64,000 bases of DNA from Candidatus Omnitrophica bacterium UBA6249. Lineage in GTDB: Bacteria > Omnitrophota > Gorgyraeia > Gygaellales > Profunditerraquicolaceae. Under the pieces are notes generated by a model. It had not been told where the DNA came from and ran no database searches. It saw nothing but the letters and a program-made list of their open reading frames with translations. Position 1 is the stretch's first letter, and every line of letters begins with the position of its first letter. The translations under genes were made by a program, and so were the position numbers. The stretch is taken from positions 178,791 to 242,790 of the forward strand of contig DJVT01000014.1 in assembly GCA_002441305.1 (NCBI GenBank), in the 5' to 3' direction. This document shows positions 17,938 through 26,199 of this stretch, piece after piece.

Positions 17938-17946
17938 ATTATAGCA
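17938..17946 (-). promoter_or_regulatory. Extended -10 promoter (TGcTATAAT) 6 nt upstream of the mnmA ATG
   Basis: The minus strand reads AATGCTATAATAAAAAAATG. TATAAT is at 17938-17943 and the ATG at 17929-17931. No SD is present. Confidence 0.5.
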
Positions 17947-18002
17947 TTATTTAAGACCGCCGCGTTAAGAATCGCGCCAAAAATACCGCCTCCCCGCATA
18001 GC

Positions 18003-18037
18003 AAAGAAGCCCGGCATGGGAGTGCCGGGCTTCTTTT
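18003..18037. terminator. Hairpin terminator downstream of the second csp gene
   Basis: AGAAGCCCGGCA / TGCCGGGCTTCT stem flanked by A and T runs. Confidence 0.7.
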
Positions 18038-18051
18038 GTCGTATTGACGGT

Positions 18052-18252
18052 TTACAGCTTGACTACTTTAGTAGCCTGTTCGCCTTTTGGGCCTTTTTCG
18101 ATATCGAACTCTACTTCCTGGCCCTCCTCTAAAGTCTTATAGCCTTCACCCTGGATAGCCGTATGATGCACAAAGACATCAGCGCCATCCTCAGGAGTAA
18201 TAAACCCATAGCCTTTTTGATTGGAAAACCACTTTACTTTACCTTTTGCCAT
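18052..18252 (-). CDS. Cold-shock protein, CspA family (second paralog)
   Basis: 66 aa with KGYGFI and [11 protein letters not shown] motifs. SD AAGGAGGAAG upstream. Confidence 0.95.
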   Translation of the reverse strand: MAKGKVKWFSNQKGYGFITPEDGADVFVHHTAIQGEGYKTLEEGQEVEFDIEKGPKGEQATKVVKL

Positions 18253-18303
18253 TTCCTTGCTTCCTCCTTTCCAGAAAATTATAACAACCGGCGGGGCAGA
18301 AAC

Positions 18304-18337
18304 AAAAAACCGTAAGGCATATCCTTCTCCTTACGGC
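18304..18337 (-). promoter_or_regulatory. Terminator-like hairpin plus U-run inside the leader of the second csp gene
   Basis: The minus strand reads CCGTAAGG-AGAAGGATATG-CCTTACGG followed by TTTTTTG, about 50 nt upstream of the ATG. Confidence 0.5.
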
Positions 18338-18368
18338 TAAAGATCCTTACCCCTGTTGCTATGGTATT

Positions 18369-18396
18369 ATTATACCCTGTTCCGCAGGGTTGTCAA
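18369..18396 (-). promoter_or_regulatory. Consensus promoter of the second csp gene (TTGACA-N16-TATAAT)
   Basis: On the minus strand, TTGACA is at 18396-18391 and TATAAT at 18374-18369. The spacer contains the inverted repeat ACCCTG-N5-CAGGGT. Confidence 0.65.
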
Positions 18397-18411
18397 CAGG
18401 AAATAGTTTTA

Positions 18412-18702
18412 TTAATCCGAGCTATCCACCAATTTCATATTATAATATCCCAGCGGCTTGACCTTGGCTTTGGACTTTCCTACCAGCCAATCATGGTATT
18501 TCCCCATAAAACGGTCATGATCGGATTTCTTTTCCCATTTGTACACGGAGGCATATTGGTTTTCAAACCCGTATCTGCGCATAGTCTTATATGACAGGAA
18601 ACCCCTGGACTTCCTGGTATGGGAAGCCCACATAAGGCTGTCCTTGCGGTATTTGGAAACCTCTTTCGGCTTTACCTCGAAAAGAACAACATGGACAAAC
18701 AT
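18412..18702 (-). CDS. Small ABM/Dabb-like (ferredoxin-like fold) protein, function unknown
   Basis: 96 aa. The beta-alpha-beta pattern MFVHVVLFEVKP...YASVYKWE resembles antibiotic-biosynthesis-monooxygenase-like domains. It has its own SD GGGGGAGG and a TGTATAAT element upstream. Confidence 0.35.
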   Translation of the reverse strand: MFVHVVLFEVKPKEVSKYRKDSLMWASHTRKSRGFLSYKTMRRYGFENQYASVYKWEKKSDHDRFMGKYHDWLVGKSKAKVKPLGYYNMKLVDSSD

Positions 18703-18771
18703 ATCCTCCCCCCTTTTTTCCGGACATAAATTGATTTATTATACACCAAGGCATGGCCAAAACAAACAGTT

Positions 18772-20568
18772 TTACCATTTAAGCTTTAAACCCGCCTCAA
18801 TATACCTGCCCGGTTGGGGAATCCCCTCGATATCCTGGTATTCCACGTTAAAAATATTCTCTCCGCGCAGGAACACCCTGGTATTTTCGTTCAAATCCCA
18901 GTTCAAACCGGAGTTAAACAACAGCCACCCCCTCCGGCCGGGCCTCTTTTTATAATTAAAACCGAACTCCTGCCGCCCAAAGAAAAGATCGAGGTTAAAA
19001 ACTGCATTGGCCAAATGCCTGGCGTAATTGGGGCCGTATTTATACATATACCCCTGGTTGTCTATTCTTTTATCGGCATAAGAATAATTGGCGTCAAGGC
19101 TGAGAAAGCTGTTAAATGCCTTATGCATGACATATTCGACCCCGAATACTTCATCCCGGGTGAAATTCTTCGCCTGCCATTTCTGAGATGAATCAGACCT
19201 GACCCAATCGATCATCTCCCTCTCTCTACGCATAAACAGGGAGAACCTGGAAACAAAACCTTCATTTTCATACTCCAGGCCTGTCTCATAGTTCCAGGCT
19301 GTCTCTGCGGCCAGGCTGCTGTTGCCTTCCGTGGTGGGATCGCTGTAATAAAGCTCCGTAAAGGAGGGCAATCGCATATTCCTCGCAATCCCGAAATTAA
19401 AGGATACTTCCGGGGTAAGCGTAAATTTCAAGTTCAATGACCCGGTAAAGACATCTCCGAACCCCGAGAATTTTTCCCAGCGCACGCAGGAACCGGCTTC
19501 CCATTTTTCCCCGAGAGGGATATTTTCATCTAAGAAAATGCCTGAGCGGGTTCGCGAATGCCTGCCCAGGTTCGTGGAAGTGATCTTTTCCATGGACCAC
19601 TCCGAACCGAAACCAAGCCTGCCCAGCGGGCCAAGGTCCCTTTGCAGGTAAATCCCCGGGGTGAATATGTCCGTGCGATGCTGGTTAACGGATGCCGAAC
19701 GCAATCCCGTCTTATCAAGGACGAATTTATTATAATGCCTACGCCAGAGGAAATCAGGCTTGACCCGGAGCGCGCCGCAATCCAAATCTAAGCCGCTGCT
19801 GAACAAATAAGTCCTGGTGTTCTCCCGGGAAGGGTAGCCTTGCCCCGGAGTATAAAAATCATAGGCGCCAAAATCCTTTTCCTGGTAACCGAAATTATTC
19901 TGCCATGAAAGGCGGTCCGATTGATAGCTGACGTTCAGGGAAGAAGTGAATTTTTCGTAATCGGTATCCTGGCGGAACCCCCTGGAACGGGATTCTTCCG
20001 CAGAGAAACGCAGGCCGAGGTTCTCCATCCTGCCCCCCGCGCTGAACAGAGTATACCCGTTACGCTCGCTTCCCATCCCCGATTCCCAGACAATCTTTTT
20101 CTCGCCCGGGCGACTCAAAGAAAAATTTACCGCGCCCCCCACGGAATCCGGCCCGAACAGGCTGGAGCAGGCCCCGGGTATTACTTCGACCTTCTCGATG
20201 TCCGCCCTGGTAAAAGGTATATCGGAATTGTAATAAGCGGTCTGGGGCTCGTTGATGCGCTGCCCGTTCAGCAGCACAAGGACCTGCTGGAAGGTCGAAG
20301 CGCGCAGGGAAAACCCCGCCTCCATTCCTCCCTGCAAAGCCCTGCTTTGTACATCTACCGGGAGGTTAACCAACCCTTCCAGCCCGCTTTGATAGTTAAA
20401 GGCGTCATCCTGTTCTTTTTCCGCAAAGTAACTCTTTAAGGATAGTTGTTTACGCTTGAGGATCACGAGAGGCTCTAATTCCCCGGGGAACCCCTGATAG
20501 GCAAATAATCCGCCCGGGGGGAAAGACGACAGCAGGATAAGTATAACGCAAGCCCTGAAAATGGACAT
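18772..20568 (-). CDS. TonB-dependent receptor (small, BtuB-sized)
   Basis: Plug motifs VLLNGQRIN and IEKVEVIPGACSSLFGPDSVGGAVNF. The C-terminal barrel ends in GLKLKW. The start is set at the ATG giving MSIFRACVILILLSS (signal peptide). The ORF-track TTG start at 20586 would lie inside the promoter spacer. Confidence 0.85.
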   Translation of the reverse strand: MSIFRACVILILLSSFPPGGLFAYQGFPGELEPLVILKRKQLSLKSYFAEKEQDDAFNYQSGLEGLVNLPVDVQSRALQGGMEAGFSLRASTFQQVLVLLNGQRINEPQTAYYNSDIPFTRADIEKVEVIPGACSSLFGPDSVGGAVNFSLSRPGEKKIVWESGMGSERNGYTLFSAGGRMENLGLRFSAEESRSRGFRQDTDYEKFTSSLNVSYQSDRLSWQNNFGYQEKDFGAYDFYTPGQGYPSRENTRTYLFSSGLDLDCGALRVKPDFLWRRHYNKFVLDKTGLRSASVNQHRTDIFTPGIYLQRDLGPLGRLGFGSEWSMEKITSTNLGRHSRTRSGIFLDENIPLGEKWEAGSCVRWEKFSGFGDVFTGSLNLKFTLTPEVSFNFGIARNMRLPSFTELYYSDPTTEGNSSLAAETAWNYETGLEYENEGFVSRFSLFMRREREMIDWVRSDSSQKWQAKNFTRDEVFGVEYVMHKAFNSFLSLDANYSYADKRIDNQGYMYKYGPNYARHLANAVFNLDLFFGRQEFGFNYKKRPGRRGWLLFNSGLNWDLNENTRVFLRGENIFNVEYQDIEGIPQPGRYIEAGLKLKW

Positions 20569-20574
20569 GCGGGT

Positions 20575-20626
20575 ATTATAAAACAACCCGGTTAATTGTC
20601 AACCAGTAATATTATATTGGTTTACA
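20575..20626 (-). promoter_or_regulatory. BirA-box-like palindrome overlapping a consensus promoter (TTGACA-N16-TATAAT)
   Basis: The minus strand reads TAA TGTAAACCA atataatattac TGGTTGACA attaaccgggttgttt TATAAT acccgc ATG. The half-sites at 20618-20626 and 20597-20605 form an 8/9 inverted repeat. The -35 is at 20597-20602 and the -10 at 20575-20580. Confidence 0.6.
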
Positions 20627-21583
20627 TTACCGCAGATGCGAAACATCCCCGGAGAATATCTTCTGCACCAGCCCCGAGTCTTTCCGGATAAGCAGGGATC
20701 CGTCATTGTCTATATCCAGGGCCTGGCCTTCGATATGGCTGTCCTGAAAATGCACTTTCACCCGGTTGCCGATAGTTATGTTGGAATTACGCCATTTTTC
20801 AATTACGGGCCCGGGGCCTCCTTCCTCAAAGAGAAAATAGTTCTCCTCCAGGACGCGCAGGAGCTCCTGGAAAACAACCAGGCGCGGCATGGCATGCCCC
20901 AGCTGTTCTTTCAAGGACGTGGCGTGGGGGACGAGGGATTTCCTGTCATTGTTCACATTCAGGCCTATGCCGATAACCACAAAATTAACCTTGTCCGTTT
21001 CGGCATTCATCTCGGTAAGTATGCCGGCCGCTTTTTTGCCGGAAATGAAGATATCATTCGGCCATTTGATGCGCGCTTCCAGGCCGGATGCCCTTTTAAT
21101 TGCCTCGCAAATGCTTACCGCGGTCAAAAGCGTCAATACCGGCGACGCCGAAGGAGGTATGCGCGGTCTCAGGATAAGGGAAAAATAAATCCCTTTGTAT
21201 TTCGGGGAAACCCAGCTTCTGCCCAGCCTCCCCCGGCCTTTTGTCTGCGATTCCGCCACCACAATCGACCCCGCAGGCTCGCAGCGCATACCGAGCTGCA
21301 TCGCAAAATCCATGGTGGAAGAAAGATAATCGAAATAATGCACTTTTCTGGCGATAAACTTGGTATCGAGGCCATGCGAGACTTCAAGCCCGGAAAGCCT
21401 GTCGGGGCTGGATTCCAGCCGGTAACCGAGATGAGGAACGGCCACGATATCGTAACCGGTATCTTTCAATTCCTGGATATGTTTCCACAACCCCTGCCTG
21501 CTGATCCCCAGGCGGGAAGATATGTCATCCCCGGACATATAATCATGTTTTCCTTTAAGATAAGCGAGTATTTTTTCTTTCAT
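20627..21583 (-). CDS. birA: Bifunctional biotin-protein ligase / biotin operon repressor
   Basis: 318 aa. N-terminal wHTH (ISSRLGISRQGLWKHIQELKDTGY) and the ligase loop KGRGRLGRSW. Confidence 0.9.
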   Translation of the reverse strand: MKEKILAYLKGKHDYMSGDDISSRLGISRQGLWKHIQELKDTGYDIVAVPHLGYRLESSPDRLSGLEVSHGLDTKFIARKVHYFDYLSSTMDFAMQLGMRCEPAGSIVVAESQTKGRGRLGRSWVSPKYKGIYFSLILRPRIPPSASPVLTLLTAVSICEAIKRASGLEARIKWPNDIFISGKKAAGILTEMNAETDKVNFVVIGIGLNVNNDRKSLVPHATSLKEQLGHAMPRLVVFQELLRVLEENYFLFEEGGPGPVIEKWRNSNITIGNRVKVHFQDSHIEGQALDIDNDGSLLIRKDSGLVQKIFSGDVSHLR

Positions 21584-22625
21584 TTCTCTTTAAAAGGTGC
21601 TCCTCGAATTTAGCCCAGAAAGGATCGACCCGGGGATGGTCCAGTTCATAACTGCTTCCGCCGGTAAAGACTTTTATTCCATCGCCGCGCCCGGCCACCT
21701 CCCCGGCGATACTGGCAGGTATCCCCTCCGACTCCAGGGCGGAAATTATCGCCCTTGCCTTTCGCCTATCCGCCGTTGCCAGCAAAGTACCCTCGCTGAT
21801 TGATTTATAAGGATCTATGCCGAAGCAGGAACAGACCAGGCGAGCTTCTTCCTGGATAATTATCTTATCCAGGTCGATACGCATGCCCACGCGGCTGTGC
21901 CGGGCAATCTCAAACAAGCCTCCCCAAACGCCGCATTCAGTGGCATCGTGCATGGAGGTCAATCCGCCGACGGATGCCGCGATAGCGGCATCTTTGACCG
22001 TAGACATCTGGTAAAAAATCCTCCGGGCTCGTTTCAAAAAGGCCGGCCCGTAAAAGGATTCGATAAAATCCGGGAAATAAGCAGCCATGAGCCCAGTAGT
22101 CTCTATGGCCGGACCCTTGGAAACGATGACAGCGTCACCTTCCTTTGCGGAAGGGATTATGAGCTTGGATCTCCTGCCCGTACCGAACATTGTCGCGCCC
22201 CCTACCATAGGATAATTACACCCGGCATAGCGCGCGGTATGGCCGGTTACCACGCTGATACCGAGCCTGCTGCATTCGGAATGCACGGTATCCCACAATT
22301 CCACCAGCTGGCCCTCCGTGATCCCGGGAGGTAAATTCAGGTCTACCGCCAGGTATTTGGGAGCTATCCCGCTTACCGCGACATCGCTGGCGATAATGTG
22401 AACGGCAAACCAGGCGGCCTTGCGCATCCCCAGTTCGCTGGCAATAAAAAAGGGGTCGGTAGAAACAACCATTACCCGCGGCCCGATAGCGATAACTCCG
22501 AAATCCACTCCGTTCTGCGGTTTTACCAGGACAGAAGGATCGGGCTTGCCTAATTTACGGTATATATGACGGTTAAAGAAATCGGGGTGGATCTTCCCCA
22601 AGCCGGGAAGTTTATCTTTCTTCAT
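21555..22625 (-). CDS. AIR-synthase-related (PurM/HypE/ThiL-fold) protein
   Basis: 356 aa. VVSTDPFF and HIIASDVAVSG match the PurM-like N-domain pattern, followed by a C-domain. The subfamily is not resolvable by eye. Confidence 0.6.
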   Translation of the reverse strand: MKKDKLPGLGKIHPDFFNRHIYRKLGKPDPSVLVKPQNGVDFGVIAIGPRVMVVSTDPFFIASELGMRKAAWFAVHIIASDVAVSGIAPKYLAVDLNLPPGITEGQLVELWDTVHSECSRLGISVVTGHTARYAGCNYPMVGGATMFGTGRRSKLIIPSAKEGDAVIVSKGPAIETTGLMAAYFPDFIESFYGPAFLKRARRIFYQMSTVKDAAIAASVGGLTSMHDATECGVWGGLFEIARHSRVGMRIDLDKIIIQEEARLVCSCFGIDPYKSISEGTLLATADRRKARAIISALESEGIPASIAGEVAGRGDGIKVFTGGSSYELDHPRVDPFWAKFEEHLLKRNERKNTRLS

Positions 22626-23775
22626 AAAGCGGGCTCATGGCGCGTAATTTTTGCACTACCTGGGGCAGCTTTTCCAGGAGATAATCTATATCTCCGCTCT
22701 TGGTCCACCTGCCCAGGGAAATCCTGAGCGAACCATGGGCATTCTCGTGATTAAGCCCGATGGCCAATAGGACATGCGAAGGCTCCAAGGAGCTCGAGGT
22801 GCAGGCGGATCCCGTAGAACAGGCTATCCCTAACAGGTCGAGGCTCAAAAGCATGGACTCCCCCTCTATATACTTAATGGAAAAATTCACGTTGTTCGGA
22901 AGCCGCCGCGCAGGATGCCCGTTCAATATCACTTCAGGGATACGCGCAGGGATTTCTTTAAGCAGTTTATCCCTGAGGGAAACCTGCAGCCCTGCCTCTT
23001 CATCCATTTTCTCCCGGCATATGCGTATCGCGCTGCCCAACCCGACTATACCCGGGGTATTATAAGTGGATCCCCGCCTCCCTCTTTCCTGGTCCCCGCC
23101 GCGCATAAATGTCTCAAGCCGCCTGCTCTTGCGTACATATAAAGCGCCTACCCCTTTCGGACCATAAAACTTGTGCGCGGAAAGCGAAAGCAGGTCGGCG
23201 TTCAATTCATCCACGTTCAGTGGTATGTGCCCAACGGTTTGAACCGCGTCGGTATGGAAACAAACCCCTCTCTCTCTGGCAATCTTCCCTAATTCGGGCA
23301 CGGGCTGGATAGTCCCGATCTCGTTATTGGCATGCATTATGCTTACCAGGATAGTCTTATCGGTAATCGCTTCTTCAAGATCGCGGGGAGAGACCAGGCC
23401 ATGCTTATCGACCTTGAGGTAAGTCACGCGAAAACCTCTTTTTTCCAGGAACTTCAAAGGCTCGGTAACCGCATGATGCTCGATGGCGGAAGTAATAATA
23501 TGGTCGCCTTTTTTTTCCAGAGCGTACGCCGTACCTAAAAGCGCGAAATTATCCGATTCCGTCCCTCCCGAAGTAAACACTATCTCCCCGGGGTCTGCCC
23601 CGATAAAAGAAGCGAGCTCCTGGCGGCTGTCTTCAATCGCCTTTTTCGCCTCCTGCCCGTAAGAATGCAGGCTCGAGGCGTTACCGAACTTCCCGTAGAA
23701 ATAAGGCTCCATTGCCCTCAGCACTTCCGGGTCGGTAGGCGCGGTTGCCGCATAATCCAAATATACTTTTTTCAT
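22612..23775 (-). CDS. nifS: Cysteine desulfurase (NifS/IscS type)
   Basis: 387 aa. The PLP-Lys context is SAHKFYGPKG and the active-site loop is STGSACTSS. Confidence 0.9.
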   Translation of the reverse strand: MKKVYLDYAATAPTDPEVLRAMEPYFYGKFGNASSLHSYGQEAKKAIEDSRQELASFIGADPGEIVFTSGGTESDNFALLGTAYALEKKGDHIITSAIEHHAVTEPLKFLEKRGFRVTYLKVDKHGLVSPRDLEEAITDKTILVSIMHANNEIGTIQPVPELGKIARERGVCFHTDAVQTVGHIPLNVDELNADLLSLSAHKFYGPKGVGALYVRKSRRLETFMRGGDQERGRRGSTYNTPGIVGLGSAIRICREKMDEEAGLQVSLRDKLLKEIPARIPEVILNGHPARRLPNNVNFSIKYIEGESMLLSLDLLGIACSTGSACTSSSLEPSHVLLAIGLNHENAHGSLRISLGRWTKSGDIDYLLEKLPQVVQKLRAMSPLYEER

Positions 23776-23776
23776 T

Positions 23777-24580
23777 TTATTTTATAACCTCATTCAAACT
23801 TCCTGTGCGGTACCCCTCCAGGTCCAACGTAACATAATTATACCCTAATTTCTTGAATTTATCGACTATCTTCGCGCGGTTGCGCATAAGGCGCGGGATG
23901 CCGAGGATATCCGTTTCTATGCGGCATAGGCTGCCATGGTGCCTTAGCCTGACCTGGCGCAACCCCAGGGAAGCCAAATATGACTCTGCTCTGCCGACAC
24001 GCTTGAGCACGGAAGGGGTGATCTTTATACCGTAAGCTATACGGGAAGCAAGGCATGCCGAAGAAGGCTTATCCCAATTAGGCAGCCCCAATAGCTTGCT
24101 GAATGCGCGCACTTCTTCTTTCGTGATTCCCGCGTCGCATAACGGCGATTTTATTCCCAGCTCTTTTTTAGCTTTCTCTCCCGGGCGATAGTCGCCTTTA
24201 TCCGAAAAATTTCCGGCGTCGAGCACGAACTTTAGCCCTTTTTCCTTGGCGGTCTTTAGCATCCGGGAGAACAATTCTTTCTTGCAAAAATAACACCGCT
24301 GCGCGGAATTGCCGGCAAAACCGGCTATCTCCAATTCAGATGTCCTGATAACTTCCAGTCTTACCCCTATCTTTTTTGCCAAGTCCCTGGCCTTAAAAAT
24401 CTCCCCTTCGGGGTATGTCGCGGATACGGCGGTAACCGCAAGCAGCTTTTCCTCCGGGATAACAAGAGAACATGCCTTAAGCAAAAAAGAACTGTCTACA
24501 CCTCCGGAAAACGCAACCAGGCATGATCCGTATTCGGAAAGGATACGCTTGAGACGAAGAAGCTTGGATTGAACAGGCAT
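23777..24580 (-). CDS. LarE-like PP-loop ATP-dependent sulfur transferase (TIGR00268-like)
   Basis: 267 aa with PP-loop AFSGGVDSS. Three conserved-position cysteines lie in RCYFCK and SACLASR. Confidence 0.7.
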   Translation of the reverse strand: MPVQSKLLRLKRILSEYGSCLVAFSGGVDSSFLLKACSLVIPEEKLLAVTAVSATYPEGEIFKARDLAKKIGVRLEVIRTSELEIAGFAGNSAQRCYFCKKELFSRMLKTAKEKGLKFVLDAGNFSDKGDYRPGEKAKKELGIKSPLCDAGITKEEVRAFSKLLGLPNWDKPSSACLASRIAYGIKITPSVLKRVGRAESYLASLGLRQVRLRHHGSLCRIETDILGIPRLMRNRAKIVDKFKKLGYNYVTLDLEGYRTGSLNEVIK

Positions 24581-24588
24581 CCTAAACC

Positions 24589-24810
24589 TTATAACGCGAT
24601 TACTTCCTTTACCTCGGGGACCTCTTCCTTGAGAATCCTCTCGATCCCCATTTTCAAAGTCATCGAGCTCATCGGACAGCAGCCGCAGCTTCCTTTAAGC
24701 CTTAATTTTACTATTCCGTCGTCTGTGACCTCGACCAGCTCGACATTACCGCCATCGGCGGCAAGCATCGGCCTTACCTTATCCAGAGCCTTTTCAATTT
24801 TTTCCTTCAT
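24589..24810 (-). CDS. NifU C-terminal domain (Nfu-type Fe-S carrier) protein
   Basis: 73 aa with the GSCGCCPMS motif. Confidence 0.85.
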   Translation of the reverse strand: MKEKIEKALDKVRPMLAADGGNVELVEVTDDGIVKLRLKGSCGCCPMSSMTLKMGIERILKEEVPEVKEVIAL

Positions 24811-25271
24811 TTATTACCTCCATTGTTAAAAGCTGCTTTTTTCTTTACGGTTAAGCCTCCAAAACGGGCATTCAACTTCTTTTTGCGTCTTTCCTCTGCC
24901 TTGATCCTGTTCCAATTAGTGATGATCTGACGGGTGGACTTCACTTTTGCCTTGCCGAAAACATGCGGGTGCCTGCGTTTCAGTTTGCATACCAGGCCGG
25001 AAATCACGTCTTCAATGTCAAAATTGCCGTTTTTGCGGGCAATCTGGGCGTTAAACATTACATGCAAAAGAATATCTCCCAGTTCTTCCTGCATATGGAG
25101 AGGATCTTTATCTTTTACTGCAGAAATGAATTCATCCACCTCTTCCTGCAAGTCGCCGATCAGGCTATTATGGGTTTGTTGTTTATCCCACATGCACCCG
25201 TTTTTCCCGTGAAGCACGGAAAAGACTCTTTTTAACTCTATAAAACCGGTCTCTTTTTCCATCCCTGTCAA
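24807..25271 (-). CDS. mazG: MazG-family nucleoside triphosphate pyrophosphohydrolase
   Basis: 154 aa. [10 protein letters not shown] and [11 protein letters not shown] motifs. Confidence 0.8.
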   Translation of the reverse strand: MTGMEKETGFIELKRVFSVLHGKNGCMWDKQQTHNSLIGDLQEEVDEFISAVKDKDPLHMQEELGDILLHVMFNAQIARKNGNFDIEDVISGLVCKLKRRHPHVFGKAKVKSTRQIITNWNRIKAEERRKKKLNARFGGLTVKKKAAFNNGGNK

Positions 25272-26179
25272 AATTGGTTCATAGAAAGGAACCTGAAAGC
25301 CCCCAGAGCGGCCTTCGCCCCTTCCCCTGCGGCAACGATAATCTGTTTTTCAGGCACGTCGGTCACATCTCCGGCTGCAAAGATCCCCGGTATATTGGTC
25401 TGGTTGCGCGCATCCACCATGATCTCGCCCGCGGCATTTTTTTCCACCTCCCGCGAAAAAGCGGAATTAGGAATAAGCCCTATTTCGACAAACACCCCCT
25501 GCGCCTGCAGCTCGCTTTCCCCTGCCGAATTCCTGATCTTGACTCTTTCGACAAATTTGCCGCCGGAGACGGATACGACCTGAGCAGCATTGAAAACTGT
25601 AACATTACCTGCTTCTCCGACCTTCTGCCGCATAACCGCATCCCCCGCCAGGGACGGAGCGCTGTTTACGACATAAATCTTCCTGGCGACCCCGGACATT
25701 TGCAATACCGCATCCAAAGCAGAGTTCCCGCCCCCTACGACAACCACGTCTTTATCCCTGAACAGCGGGCCATCGCATATAGCGCAATAAGTCAACCCCC
25801 GGTTCTTAAACTCTTTTTCGCCGGGCACTCCGAGTTCTTTAGGGCGTTTTCCGGAGGCAATCACTACGCTCCGGGCATAATAATTATCCTTGTCCGTCTT
25901 TACCAGGAAAGCGCCTTTATCCTTCAGGAGGGAAACCGCCTCCTCCCCCTCCTTGAGCACCGCTTCATAACTGCGTATATGCTCCTGGAATTTTACCGCC
26001 AGCTCCGGGCCGGTAATAAACTGGTAACCCGTATAATTTTCTATTCCGCCGCTCCAGGCAGCCTGCCCTCCCACGTCCGGGCTGATTATCAAAAAATCCA
26101 GCCTTCTCCTGGAAGCGTATACCCCTGCGGTTATCCCGGCAGGCCCGGCCCCGATGATAATCAGATCGTAAATCCGCAT
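25268..26179 (-). CDS. trxB: Thioredoxin-disulfide reductase-like flavoprotein
   Basis: 303 aa. GAGPAGITAG FAD motif, redox-active CAICDG and GGGNSALD NAD(P) motif. Confidence 0.85.
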   Translation of the reverse strand: MRIYDLIIIGAGPAGITAGVYASRRRLDFLIISPDVGGQAAWSGGIENYTGYQFITGPELAVKFQEHIRSYEAVLKEGEEAVSLLKDKGAFLVKTDKDNYYARSVVIASGKRPKELGVPGEKEFKNRGLTYCAICDGPLFRDKDVVVVGGGNSALDAVLQMSGVARKIYVVNSAPSLAGDAVMRQKVGEAGNVTVFNAAQVVSVSGGKFVERVKIRNSAGESELQAQGVFVEIGLIPNSAFSREVEKNAAGEIMVDARNQTNIPGIFAAGDVTDVPEKQIIVAAGEGAKAALGAFRFLSMNQF

Positions 26180-26199
26180 ATGTACACTTTATCCGGCGG

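Noticed and set aside
5680-18252. Inverted csp paralogs as substrates for a 12-kb chromosomal inversion
   Set aside because: Nucleotide identity is limited to about 26 nt at the 5' end and short patches thereafter, which is too little for efficient homologous recombination. There is no other sign of rearrangement.
20636-21613. 325-aa plus-strand ORF covering the whole birA locus
   Set aside because: It is antisense to a well-supported birA gene. The product is Arg/Pro/Gly-rich and low in complexity, with no recognisable motif. This is the typical shadow ORF of a GC-balanced gene.
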